This document shows, in pieces, positions 40,801 through 53,700 of a stretch of DNA of 64,000 bases (position 1 is its first letter; every line of letters begins with the position of its first letter). The position numbers and the translations under genes were made by a program. Source of the DNA: Convolutriloba macropyga (lineage: Eukaryota); NCBI RefSeq assembly GCF_964194025.1, contig NC_134479.1:27156001-27220000 (forward strand). Direction: 5' to 3'. The notes under the pieces are model-generated. The model saw nothing but the letters and a program-made list of their open reading frames with translations, did no database searches and was not told where the DNA came from.

Positions 40801-43264
40801 AAAAGTGTCCAAATTTTAATCATGGAATTAAGACAAAAACTGTATACCTTTTTTTGCGCGCTACGTGCCACACTTCTGTTCGATTCAAGTATATAGTTTT
40901 GGCACTCAGCGTAACTCGACTCCGCGTTGCATGTATTTAATTTTTGCATTAAATGTATCCATTATCCGAGGTTGTGCTTAATTTTTAAAATGACCTAATT
41001 CTTTATTAATTGATTGCAATTAAACTTGACTGATATAGATTTAAAGCTTAATAATATACCACAAAGGTCTAAAATTTGCGACAAACGTTTACTTATTTTC
41101 AATTGTAGATCAATAAAGTCAATAAAGAGGATTGACAACTCAAAAAGATTTGCTCTGTGGGAGTTTTAGGAAAAAAAAATCAATTATGCTGACTAAAATT
41201 TGAAATTACTTCGATACGCTAAGAATATTGTTGTTTTAATTCTGGTTGATTTGTAGGCTGCTCTTGTGATTTGCGTAATTAAAAAAGGAAAGAGAGCAAT
41301 AAACTAAAATCCAGAAGCCTATTTAGAGGAGTCTCAATTTCCTTTTGAGAAATTTCGGCGTCTATGTAAAGCTGCCAATCAATTTCTGCTGAAGACTCCA
41401 TGCATTATGCGTTTTATTTTACAGGTGTCAATCATCTTTTTTTCGAAATTTTCCTCCAATCTGAGTCTTTGTAAAATTGTCAACCAATTTTTGCAAAAAA
41501 ATTCCTGCAATTTTTGTCCTTTTAACGGTGTCCTTCATTTTTTTGAAAATTCTCTCAAGTCTGCGTCTTTCATCATTTTTTTGTGACAAATGCCTCCATT
41601 CTGCGTCTGTCTTCAGTTTTTCATCATTTTTTTCTAAAAAATTCCGACATTTTTTTTTCTATTCACAGCTGTCTGTCAACTTTTTTGCCGAAAACTACCT
41701 GCATTCTGCGTCTTGTACAGTTCTCTATCATTTTTTTCTAAAAAGCCCTCCATTCTGTGTCTGTATCATTATGTGTCTGTCTGATACACAACAAAGAAAT
41801 TATAACTTGTAAAATGGACACAAAACAGCATAAAAAATACAGACCAGGTGTTTTAACAATGGTTCAATTTCTTTGAAACAAATTTAGAAAAGTTAATTTT
41901 GGAGAGCCGCTGAACTTAATTACGATTGTCCTGTAGGTGTCCGGTAATCCTCATCTGGCAGTAAACATGATTATTTTTAGAGGCCTCTAAACCTAATCTC
42001 TACTTTCAGCGATTTTGATTAATCTGGCCAAAATATTCTTTTTCTCTAGCTTTGAGATATCCCTTTTTTAACGGGAAATTCGTCCAATAATTGAGTGCGG
42101 ATGTCATTAGTTCAGATGATTTTGAGGGATATCTGCCTTGACTGACTCAAAATGTTTCCAGCCGTACCAAACGAACAATTTTATTTATAAATCTGTTCAC
42201 AATGGTAAGCAGATTGGTACATTTATCTAAGCCCTATGTGGTATAATAATATAAGGCACCTTCTTATGGTCAAATAATAGAGCTCAAATCAACTTTGCAT
42301 GCTCAAAGTGCGCATTAAATTAGAAACAATCGCGGATTGCTGATACATTTAATGCGAAAAATAGATATGAGAACTGAGCAAAATTGTACTACTACACTTG
42401 TCACCAAATTCCAAAATCGAATTTTTCTCAATTTCACAAAAGTGGTGGGACCACTTTGGCAATATAAAGCTACTAAGCTTTCTCTAAATTTTGCTCGTTT
42501 TGCGTATCTGTTTTTGCGCAATTTATACACGGGCGGAATTTTTGGGGGTATACTTCTGCGTCGTAATGAACGAGTGAAAAGCAAAATTCTACTCTTCTTA
42601 GACAGTGTTTTTAAAATTATGCATCTTTATTGGGACAATTTCTGACTGATAGCTCCAATCTTCTTGATTGTCTCAGGTCAATAAGTTGTTCCTTGTGTTT
42701 CAAATTCAATAGAAGAGTTTTTCTATGTCGAAGGTCTGTTTGTTTCGCAGGAAATATCCGGAAACAAGTAACCTCTAGTAACTTCAATCGTTTTTCTACA
42801 AGATTTTACAAAACACTCTTTCTTTCTACAAAACTTCTATCTGACTTCAACTGATCTCACGCATTGTTTTTTGTCGTTCAAAAATGTTCAGTAAGCTCAG
42901 TAAAAATCCGTTCAACCCTACCTTTTCTAGTTTCTTCTAGTTAGTGTCTTTGACTATGTAATTGAAGTCAATCTTTATTCCCCCCCCCCCAAACTGGAAC
43001 TATTAAGTCCAGACTAGGGCAGGGGGCTTTCATCATTACAAACCTTGTTGATAGAAAAGGTAGCATATGAAGCAGCAAAAACTGACTGAAGAAAGTCGAT
43101 ATGAACACCATTTGTATTCCAATTTGAGTCCACCCGAAACCCATCATTGATATCAACTCGGATGGGGTGAACTCTTTGCTCCTCTTTGACATAGCATCGT
43201 CTCCTTTTTCTCCACTTTCAAATTTCTCTTCCGTCTGCACAGCTCCATAAACTGTTTGTGACAT
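33961..43264 (-). CDS. MFS transporter, SVOP/SV2/SLC22-like; exons 43264-43044, 39232-39000, 38075-37923, 34835-33961 (about 493 aa)
   Basis: Phase-compatible GT..AG junctions give one open frame of 1482 nt. Motifs: MGFGWTQ, WGWFSDKFGRK (MFS motif A), R-VGYSLAGG...YELIP, WR, MPETPRYLL..GK..DA..VL..MARKNG, LLPTNIRST; many hydrophobic helices. Confidence 0.88.
35395..35863 (+). mobile_element. Short CCCGGG family MITE in intron 3, with intact-looking Pol III A/B boxes
   Basis: Termini cccgggttgagg / ccttgacccggg, TSD CT, gcggtgaa/ttcaccgc repeats on both sides. Confidence 0.9.
35641..35713 (+). promoter_or_regulatory. tRNA-derived RNA polymerase III internal promoter (A box, B box, T4)
   Basis: TGGCGCAGTGG (35641-35651), GGTTCGAACCC (35684-35694) at tRNA-like spacing, TTTT at 35710-35713. 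Confidence 0.65.
37923..38075 (-). CDS. MFS transporter exon 3
   Basis: (G)ATNLMGQAMYELIPAEHHW...SDHWH; donor G|GTAAGT; acceptor is a less common AAG. Confidence 0.75.
38431..38800 (+). mobile_element. CCCAGGTTGAGG family MITE in intron 2
   Basis: Perfect 12-bp TIR cccaggttgagg / cctcaacctggg, TSD TA, repeats of aacgcacga..gtctggaca. Confidence 0.9.
39000..39232 (-). CDS. MFS transporter exon 2
   Basis: Acceptor ttttgcttag|G; LYVDLNLT...WFSDKFGRK...SLAG; donor G|GTGCGT. Confidence 0.85.
39360..40470 (+). mobile_element. CCCGGGTC family MITE in intron 1
   Basis: TIR cccgggtcgag / ctcgacccggg, TSD AA, expanded internal gcggtgaa repeat block, degenerate tRNA-like segment near 40225-40280. Confidence 0.92.
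41430..41770. repeat. Degenerate short tandem repeat (about 55-60 bp)
   Basis: Recurrent catttttttt..aaaa..cctccattctgcgtct. Confidence 0.5.
43044..43264 (-). CDS. MFS transporter exon 1
   Basis: MSQTVYG...ELISMMGFGWTQ...LPFLST; donor AG|GTTTGT. Confidence 0.8.
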
Positions 43265-43485
43265 TTTCGAAACCAATATAAATAATTGAAAGTGACCGAT
43301 ATTAAATGGAGCGCCCGAATTTGTCGTCAGCCTTCAAAAAAAGTGAAATAAAAATATATTTCTCATTAAGTGTCTAGCAACCCAGTCCAAAAACCGGGCC
43401 GAGGAATTTACCGAAGAATAACCGGGAAAACAGTGCTAAATAGGAGAAAAGGGTGTAAAGAAATATTTTTACAACGTTAGTGCTA

Positions 43486-45238
43486 CCCGGGTCGAGGTGT
43501 CAACGCCATTCAACGCATAATTATGCAAGATAAGCGGAGAATGCGGAAAATTTTGAAAGATAAGCGGTGAAAGAGGTGAATTTACATATATCAGGCGGTG
43601 AATGCGGCGAAAAAAAATTATCACTTGGCAGCGGTGAAATTACATAATTTCGCCGCTGAAATTTCACCGCTTTGAAAAAAGGTGTCCAAATTAGGTAAGA
43701 CCCCAATGGTTACGGAATTTATATCGTGTAAGATCTAACAAATTTCTGACAAAACCATCTTGCTAATAGCCTGTAAGGGGATGCATCTTCTTATCAGATC
43801 TGATAAGACGTTTATCAGATCTTATACAATAAAAATTCCTCTTATAAGATCTTACATTATAAAAATTCCTCTTATAAAATCTTACACGATAAAAATTCCT
43901 CTTATAAGATCTTACACGATAAAAATTCCGTCTCATCAGATCTTACATGATAAAAACTTCCTCTTATATAAATTCCTGAAGTATGGTATATTTTTCATAT
44001 TGAAGACAACTCAGAGTTGCTCTCAAGCAGTAGTCGAAAAACTGCAGCATTCAACACTTAAGTGTCAGAGCAACAAAGAGAAAAATATCTTATTCTGTCT
44101 TTTATGACTTATAAGATAATGTAGAAAAATTATTTGAGTGGCAGGGGCTTTCTCCGAAGCGGTGATTATCAGCTAGGCTGAAAATGTTTTTCCAAAGACC
44201 AAAACTATCTTGGACTGCTAAGTTTAGCCATAGTACCCAGTTAAGACTCACAAAAAAACTGCCGCCAAGACAGAATCAAAAAACTTTTTTTTTGGTTTCT
44301 TAATTGGTTAGCTGACCGATTATTTTTTTACTTTCATAGGATCTTGACTATGTTATACGGTTATATTGAAATAATTAAAAGATGTCATATCAGACCTTAC
44401 ACGATAAAAATTCCGTCTTATCAGATCTTACACGATAAAAATTCTGATTAAAGGAATGTTTATCTTATAAGATGTCTTATCAGATCTTACACGATAAAAA
44501 TTCCTCTTACCAGAATTTTTATCGTATAAGATCTGATCAGCAGAATTTTTATCGTGTAAGATCTGATTAGATCTTACACGATAAAAACTCTTAGTCAGCA
44601 TCTTATCAGATCTTACACGATAAAGATTCCAGAATCACTGGGGGATAAGCGATGAATGCGATGAAATTAAATAAATTCACCGCTTAACTTAATGGTGAAC
44701 ATACACAAATTCAACGCTTGGAAATGGAAAACGTTTTGATTAGTCTTTTGTTCAACGAGGTTAAGATACAATACGAAAATTTACCTATAAACTGTCATAC
44801 ATCTTTTTGAAACTTTTTTAATAGATGAAATTATGTAATTTCACCACTAGATTAAGCAGTGAAAATACAAAAAATAACCGCACTTCACCGCATTTCATCG
44901 CTAAAATTTGTAATTTCACAGCTAATCTTACAAAAGTTCATCGCGGATGTTTTCCAAAAAGTAGACTGATTTTGATTTAAACTCAAAACAAATACTCAGA
45001 CTTTTAGTGAGAAGTGGTGCAGTGGAAGGAAAAGTAGCTGACATGCAGGAGGTGAGAGGTTCAAATCCATTCAAGGACGGGTACGTATAGTAATCGGTGA
45101 AAATTGGTTAATTTTTTCTCCAGCGGTGAACTTACATGTTTTCACCGCATTCACTGCATTTCATCGCAAATTTAGGCACGAAATTTGCGCTGAAAAAACC
45201 AGCTTATTACCGTTTTTTCCGATTTTTGTTGACCCGGG
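43486..45238 (+). mobile_element. Middle CCCGGGTC family MITE of the nested stack
   Basis: Termini cccgggtcga / ttgacccggg, TSD TA; tRNA-like segment at about 45015-45070. Confidence 0.9.
43701..44643. mobile_element. Inner MITE (CCCCA termini, agatcttacacgataaaaa repeats)
   Basis: Termini ccccaatg / cactgggg, TSD GA splitting the host motif gtaagataagcg. Confidence 0.88.
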
Positions 45239-46039
45239 TACCCTCAAAAAGGGTGGAAAAAGAGGAACTTAAGTGTGTAAAAAAATATCTTTTCAATTAC
45301 ACATTTAGTTTGTATTTACACCCTTTTTTACACTACTAAATCTCTTAATTATACTCTTCCACTCTTTTTTTATAGAGACTCTTGATTTCTACTTTTCCAC
45401 CCGTAATAGGGGGAGCAATAACGGTGTAAAATTTTTTTTAAAATACTTTTTACACTCTTTCCCCATTATTTTTCGGTAAATTTCTCGGCCCGGAAACCGT
45501 CTCGAATGCACGCGGTAGTCTGATTAGAAGTGATATATGATTTTACGTAGCTGAAGAAGTGGCAGAAATTTTTGAAGTTGATTTAAGAATCAGCTTTTGA
45601 GACTTTTCCATTATGGTTTGTTTCTCAACTGGGCTGAGGACCGGCTACGGCGGACTGACAAACAATCAACTATAGGAGACTTATTAGCAGAGCAAAGCAG
45701 AAATACCAGGCTCAAATTCCATCCTCAAAACAACATCAACGCAAGCAATAGAATTGCAACAAATAATTGGCACAAAACTGTCGGAAATCTCAAGCCACGT
45801 TGATAAACCGACTTTGTTGAGGTTTTTCCAGTATGTTTTGATTGTGTTTACCTCCTCAATTTCTAAACCGGGCTGTAGACAGGCTGCAGCGGAGCTAAAG
45901 GAAATCAGCTATGAAGATTTATGAGCAGAAAAAAAGCAGAAACAACATGCTCAAACCCAATCTCCGACGTTACAAAAAAGACAACAATGAAACAGTCCTA
46001 AAAGTGGTATAAAATTTTTTATAGTTTTGGAAAAATCTT

Positions 46040-47560
46040 ATTTCTTTTTCCGAAACAGGGTACTTCAAAACTTTTTAGTCTTGTACACCGCACACATATG
46101 GTTCAGTTCTGGCTATCAGTGGGGTTTGACTTGAATAATTTCTTGTTCCAAATGAAAAACACTTTTAAAAAAGAAGACAAAAGTGAAATTGTCCCAAAAA
46201 CGAATGAAAATCTAACTTTTCTTCCCTAAGCAGGGCATTCCAAATTTCTAGACCCCTCACTCATAGGTGAACTCTGGCTATCAATTGGGTTTGATTTGAA
46301 GAACGGCTTGTTCTGATTGAAAAAAACTGTTTAATAAGAAGACAAAAACGAAATCGTTCTAAGAAAACGTATGAAGGCCTAACTTTTTCCCTACACAAGA
46401 TATTTCAGAATTTCTTGGTCCTGTAGACTTCTCACACAACGATGAACTCTGACTATCGATTTTGTTTGATTTGAATAGCTCCTTCGTCCGATTGAAAAAC
46501 ACTTCTATTAAAAAAGCAGACGAAATTGTCCTAAAAAAAGAAAAAGGGAACAAAAACCCAGCTTTTTTCCTTGACAGGGTACTCCAGAGTTTCCTGGTCT
46601 TGTGTACCCATCACAAATGGGTGAACTTTGACCATCAGTTTGTTTCGATTTGATACAATCTCTCGTCCGGTTGTAAAACAATTTTTTGAAAAAAATGATA
46701 ACATCGAAAGTGTCCTAAAAAAGGTAATAAAAGCTCATTTTTTCCCTAGACAAGGCATTCCAAAGTTTTGCTGTTTTGAAGACCACCAAATGTAGTTGAA
46801 CTCTGACTAGCAGTTTAGTTCCATTCGAAGAACCCTTCATCCGATAAAGTTTGAATTTTTTTGAAAAAAATCATGCTGATTTAGACTCTATGCACACTAG
46901 AGATCTCTCATGCCAGGCTGGGTCGAATTTGAACAGCTTCACGGCACGATAAAAAATCTACTTTTGAAATAAGTTATTTGCAAAAATCGCAAACTTAGGT
47001 TTAAAAATCTAAACTTTTTCCTAGCACAGCTTCAGCAGAAATTCCTTTTGTTCTTCACTCTACGTACACAGGGCATACTCCCTACCGGGTTTGGTTCCAT
47101 TCGATCAGCTACCTGATCCTATAAAATTTCACTATTTTTGAAAATACATTCAGCGAAAAAGAGGAAAGTTTAAGTTGAAATACAATTTTCTGTTCTAGGC
47201 ACGCCATTCTAAAAATTCTTGCTGATTTAGACTCTAAAAACAATGGAAATTTCCCATGCCAAGTTTGGTTGTATTTCAACAACTGCTTGATTTGATAAAG
47301 TTTCACAATTTCTGAAAAACAAGACGCAAGAAAAGTCGATAATTCCAGCTGAATTACGGAATTTTTTCTATGCAACGTCAGGCCAACCACGCTTTTTGTT
47401 TTACAACTTACTGGTATAGTGGGATATCACTTTTGTGCACCTTAAACAACTGCTCGACCCAATAAAATTATTATTCACAATTAATAACAAAAAACATTAA
47501 GCAAAAAAGACGAACTTCTCAGTTGAAAAACGAACTTTTTTCTCATTCGATTAGCAAAAA
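46040..47560. repeat. Highly degenerate tandem repeat of about 170-180 bp
   Basis: Recurrent tttttccct..acagggtattcca...gtgaactctgactatc...ccgattgaaaaa at about 46045, 46220, 46385, 46565, 46740, with weaker copies beyond. Confidence 0.65.
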
Positions 47561-48887
47561 TGAAAACAGGAAGGACAAACGCTTTTAACAATGCAAATCG
47601 TTCGAAAAAATCTTGATATTTTTTACTGATTACTATAACCCATGGATCGGATTCAAAAACTCAGTTTTCGAAAAAAAATTGACAACAAGTATCAAAAATA
47701 AAAACCTATGAAAAACTGAACAGAACTAATCAAGCTCAATGTGTTCTAACACGGTGATAAAATATAATTCACCTAGGAAAGCTAATTTTTAAAGCTTGTT
47801 TTTATTTGCAACTTGTTTAAAGGCCTGGGCATTAGTGTGCATCTAAGGCCAATTCCGTTGACCATAGATCAACTACATTCATACCAACATTTTCGTAAAT
47901 CTGTACTAATCATTGCATCTCCGAATCTGGCTCTTTGAACAGCAAATTGTGGCCGACATTGGTTTCACAATTCTCAGCGATAGCAAACAAACTGTTGGAG
48001 ATCGATCTTGTAAAATTTTGACTATCAAGGTTGAAGCTATCTTCAGAACAATTGGGCTGCGGGAAGTTCTACTGGGGTCTCATGATACAAATTGTTTATT
48101 TCTAAGCATAAATCATCTGTGATACCTGTTCATTTCGTCTTCAGTTTTTCAATGTTAGCGTGTAGATGGTCATAATTCGCTTCGAAGCTTTCGAGTTGTC
48201 GATTCCCTGTATAACGATTAACAATCCAACTGCAGATATTAAGACTCCCCGTCAGAATTTTAATAGGATGATTGTTGGCGTATTTGAAAATCCTAGCAGA
48301 TGTAATCCATAACGGGCCAAACGTACTGCGTTGCCAAGCTAGTTGTCGCAGCAAATGGAAATTGATTGAGTCAAATTTCGTTAGAGATTAACCAAAAAGA
48401 CATGCTACCACTGAAAACCTCTAGAAAATGTCCACATAATTTTGAATTTGAGGTACTCTCGTACATTGATGGTACACAAACCAGTAAATCATATTTTGTA
48501 AGTTTGCATCGTGTTCAGCGGAACTCCAAGAAAAAAAGTTAGGACCAAAAAATAGAACAAGGTCGTTTTTAAAAGAGTTCAATTGAACTGGATGTCCTGA
48601 TTGACCTTTTGAACTTGTTGGAAAGAGTTAGTTGGCTCGTTGCGTTGTCGATTGCGCTTAGTTCAGTCAAACTTAGTTGCTCGGCTCAAAAACTTATAGC
48701 CTCATTGCAAAACACCTAAGGAACTGATGCATCTTTTCTACTGGACAAGTCACAGCGAGATTCGGGACAAAATCGAACAGTTTAGAGTGTCCTTCAATGC
48801 CTAATGTGTCAACTTCTCGGTCTTTCTCTTTATTCGCCTTTCTTTTCTCGACAGGTCCGGTCCCAAACTTTTAGTACAAATTAATAA

Positions 48888-50312
48888 ACTCACCGCTTTG
48901 AAAAAAGTTGTCCAAATTAAGTAAGAAAAGCGGTTAAAGCGATCAAACTGGAATAAATTCACCGCGTAACTTAATTGTGAACATACATGAATTCAGCGCT
49001 TCGAACACGCTTTGGTTAGTCTTTTTTTTTGTTCAACGAGGTTAAGATACAATTATTAAAAGACGCAAGGAAAATTTACCTATAAACTGTCATACATCTT
49101 TTTGAAACTTTTTTAATAGATGAAATTATGTAATTTCACCACTAGATTAAGCAGTGAGAATAAAAAAAATCACCGCACTTCACCGCATTTCATCGCTAAA
49201 ATTTGTAATTTCACAGCTTATCTTACAAAAGTTCACCGCGCATGTTTAACAAAAAGTAGACTGATTTTGATTTAAACCAAAACAAGTATTCGGACTTTTA
49301 GTGAGAAGTGGTGCAGTGGAAGGAAAAGTAGCAGAAATGCAGGAGTTCAGAGGTTCCAATCCGTGGACTGACGGTTACGTGTAGTGAAATGTGGTTAATT
49401 CTTAATCCAGCGTTGAACTTACATGTTTTCACCGCATTCACTTCATTTCATCGCAAAATTATGTACGAATATTGCGGTGAAAAAACCAGCTTTTTACCGC
49501 TTTTTGCCCATTTTTTTTTACCCGAGTACCCTTAAAAAGGGTGGAAAAAGAGGAAATTAAGAGTATAAAAGAGGGGAAATAAAGTATTAACTTCTACGAT
49601 TTTTAGTTTTTTCAATTACACCTTTAACCTGTTTTTACAACCTTTTTTACACCACTAAATCTCTTATTTATACTCTTCCACTCTTTATCTTTTATATAGA
49701 CTCTTGAATTCTACTTTTCCAACCATATTAATGATTTTACGTAGCTGAAGAAGTGGCGGAAATTTTTGAAGTTGATTTAAGAATCAGCTTTTGAGACTTT
49801 TCCATTATGTTTTCTCAACTGGGCTGAGGACCGGCTACGGCGGACTTAAAAACAACCAACTATAGAAGACTTATTAGCAGAGCAAAGCAGAAATACCAGG
49901 CTCAGTTCTACCCCCAAAACAAAATTAACGCCAGCAAAAAAATGGCAACGAACAATTGGCACAAAACTGTCGGAAATCTCAATCCAAATTGAAAAACCGA
50001 CTTTGTTGAGGTTTTTCAAGAATGTTTTGATGGTGTTTCCCTCCTCATTTTCTGAACTGGGCTGTGTACAGGCTGCAGCAGAGCTAAAGGAAAATAACTA
50101 GGAAGATTTATGAGCACAAGAAAAGCAGAAAAAACATACTCAAACCCAATCTCCGAAGTTACAAAAAAGACAACAATGAAACAGTCCTAAAAGTGGTATA
50201 AAAACCTTTATAACTTTGGAAGAAATCGTATATCTTTTTGCAAAACAAGGTATTTCAAAAATTTTTTTACACAGCACACATATGGTTCAATTCTCGCCAT
50301 TAGTGGGGTTTG
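48888..50312 (+). repeat. Local segmental duplicate of 43660-43700 plus 44644-46130
   Basis: Shares the MITE right half, the ccct..aaaagggtggaaaaagagg flank and the atgattttacgtagctgaagaagtggc block. Confidence 0.85.
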
Positions 50313-50720
50313 ACTATCAAGATTGAAGCTATCTACAGAACAATTGGGCTGCGGGAAGTTCTGCTTGGGTCTCTTGATACAAATTGTTTCTTTCAAAGTT
50401 TAAATCATCTGTGATACCTGTTCATTTCGTCCTCAGATTTTCAATGTAAGCGTTTAAATGGTCATGCTATGCTTCGAAGCTTTCGAGTTGTTGGTTCCCT
50501 ATATAACGAGTAACGACCGAACTGCAGATATTATTACTCCCCGTCAGAATTTTAATACGATGGTTGTTGGCAATTTCGAATATCCTAGCCGATGTAGTCC
50601 ACAACGGGCGAAACCTTCTGCGTTGCCAGGCTAGTTGTCGCAGCAAATGAAAGTTGATTGAGTCAAATTTCGTTAGAGGATAACGCAAAGATGTTATAAC
50701 AGAAAACCTCCAGGAGATGT
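50310..50720 (+). repeat. Local duplicate of about 48018-48430
   Basis: Shared ttgactatcaag.ttgaagctatct...ctagttgtcgcagcaaat; similar translated frames in the ORF track. Confidence 0.85.
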
Positions 50721-53700
50721 CCCCACAGGACATCTCCAGGAGATGTCCCCATTGAGAAGGACTTATTGTTCCAATACGAGTGACTTCCTGGATATCCTTG
50801 AAATCTTTGCGTGGTACCAAGACAGCAACCGTAATGACCAGAAAATTTTTCCTTTTCAACACATCGTGTCTGCGCACAAATCTACCACGAGAAAAACTGT
50901 TGTGAAACTGATTTAGATTAATTTTCCGTTCTAATGAATAACTTGCGGTTTTGCAAGATTAGATACGTAGTGTTCAAATATAGGGTCCCAAAAGATTTTT
51001 CTGTTCCGTACCACAAAAAAAGAAGTCCTGTCGAATGCAGATCTCAACTTATACAGAAGATCGGCGAGAACAACCCAAACAGGTTGAGCTGAGCAATTTC
51101 TTGACTTTCGAACTTCAATTCCGTCTAATGTTATACGTCCTTACGTTGATTGTCTGTTCGTTGAAAAGACATGTTAGCTTGACATCCGCTTTGGTTTTTG
51201 AGTTAGCGTAATCTACAACTTCCTTGATTTTTTTCTACGTTCTCCTTCAGTGTTTCTTCAAAGTTGAAGAAAATAACTTTTCCGCTGGCATTTTTGTCTG
51301 TTCCCTTACCGCTTTTACTTTTTAAAATATTTGGGGTTTGCATATCGTCATTTGGATGAATTTTTTTTTGTCATTTCAACAGACCGAGCAAAGCTTCGTC
51401 GGGTAGACAATTTCGGGCAGCAAATGAAAATGAACCCATCGTTGATTTATGATGAGTTATATTCCGGTTACAACTAAACAGATGAAGGTAAATTGGAGAC
51501 TTATTTCTGCAATGCCAATATTGGTACTGTCATCAAGATTATCATCGTTATAATCAAAGGAAGTCACCTCCGGTTTTGCTCCAAGTGGAAGGTTATATTC
51601 ATGAAAAGCTTCAGTTTCAAAGTCATTGTCAGCAGGAATTTGCAAACTGATTTGTTTATTGATCTCCTCAGTTTCAATATCCAAGAACCTAGTAGAATCT
51701 ATCTGGTGTAAAAAGTTTCCGATTTTGCGATTCGAACCATCCTTCTTTTGGCCCGCCTTTTCCCTTGATAACTAAAATTTCTTTATGCTGATAGGTCACT
51801 ATCAATGTGAGTACCCATATTCGACTGACTTGCAGTGGAGTTTGAACCAATTTTTTCAGATTCTAAGCTTGCATTTGTGTTACTCGAACATTTCAGCTGT
51901 GTAGAAACAACAGAGTTTTGGAATCGAGAAGTCGTTGGCTCAAAATTTTCTAGATTTAGCGCTACGTTTTTTTTTCTTCATTTGGGCATTTACATTTGAG
52001 ACCGCAGTCTTTGAAATAATTTGATCCGTAACTCAACTAATTTTTCACCAATCCCAATAAACTCTATTACTTGAAAATACCCGCACTTGTTGTGGGGGGA
52101 AAAGATCTTGTCTATCCAAAGAAAAAATTAAAATTCGCTGAAAAATAGTGATTTGCAAAAGGAATCGAACAGTACTAATTCATCTTGCTGAGACTCATCG
52201 CACATAACAGACAAACCAGACCCTTCATTTTGCAGTTCAAGAGGAACAGCATCAATTGGGCCCACAGGAAAAGCTCTAGGGCGTTTAAGTACATATTTTA
52301 ATACTTTTCACGTATTGTTGAAGAGGCGGTAGCCGCCATTGTTGTCTGGTAAAATCTTAAAACCTGATGCAATACAATGCTCATATGTTTGTTTTAGGGA
52401 CACATAGGCCTTTGAAAGCTGCTTGTCAAATTGCATACGCTTATCAAACGGTTCGATGCTGTTAAGTGGCTGCATCATTTGAGAAGATATTAAAAATGCT
52501 TAAAACTTGACGCACATTTCGTACGTCCATAATCCTTGAATTTTCACATATATTCATAACCTTGAGAACCTAACAGAAATTAGGTTATGGTTGTAATAGT
52601 GACAATTTAAGAGGGCTATTTTAACAAGATCTTTTTCGAAATGGTAACCTTTCTTGGAAAATTGCTTATTACACGCTCAATAGACGAAACAAATTATTAG
52701 CAGTGTCAAAATATCGAAAGTTGAAACAAACAATACAAAGTGGATTTAGGAAAGTTACCTGAGGTTACTTCAAACTCGGGGAAACAAAGTGCACAAAAAT
52801 TAAACATTTTCTCTTGATTATATCAATTCTATAAAACATTAAGCTTTATTAAGCGAAGGAAATTTTCATGCAGATCACACAACTCATTTTCTTCTAAGCT
52901 GGAATGCGAACAAAGGCAATCCTTGTCGTATTGGTGTGCCCGTTTTCACGCTTTCTCAAAAGCGAGACCAGGAGTGTCGGGTACTTCTGCTCCAAAATCA
53001 CTGAAACCAGGAAGGCATTTTCCTATTGAGTTGTTCCTGTTTTGTTTTCTGTGCCATTTAACTCACGTTTTGTACTTGTGGCTTTGCAGTTTGAAAGTCT
53101 TAAAGAAAAAGCACACAGAAAAAGAGATGCCTAAAGTCATGATTGAAAGGTAGGCTCAATGTTTTTTTTCTAACAAACATACTTTCAAACTTCCCGAGAA
53201 TTTCACTGGGAGCTTCGGTTCTACGAACAGCCGCACGCCTTTTGGCACCTGAATAAAATCTACACGTTTATTTTCTGGAAAAAGTTCAATCAACCTGTGA
53301 GTTATGCAAATGACCTTAAGTTTTTATGACGTTTGAGAATTTGAGGCTTTCAATGCTCTCAAGAAAAAACGCTATCAATTAAGTTTCATATCTTACAAAA
53401 AAATAACGAAAATTAAATAAGCGATGGTGTTCTTCAGCGTCAATTCTCGCACTCAGGTTAAACTGTCTTTTATCGTCAGTTTTGTTGAGTTTGTCGAAAG
53501 CTGGCATCCAACCATTTATCTCAAGAACAAGCCTATCAAGGTATTCCTAGAGTAGACGGCAATTCAGACCATAGTCTTCTGCGTTGTACGCATTACTTGG
53601 ATGGGTGTTTTGGGCTGTTGCTCGCAGAAGTAGAATTTTGAGAGACTGTAAGATCAAGATCAGGCTGCTAAAAATGGGCAAAGATAAGCAATTTAAAACA

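Larger units (their letters stand above)
43394..45493. mobile_element. Outer MITE (CCGGGCCGAG termini) of the nested stack
   Basis: TIR ccgggccgaggaatttaccgaagaataa / ttatttttcggtaaatttctcggcccgg, flanked by AA. Confidence 0.8.

Noticed and set aside
12693-45493. piggyBac assignment for the CCC-terminus elements
   Set aside because: No TTAA target duplications; TSDs are variable 2-mers.
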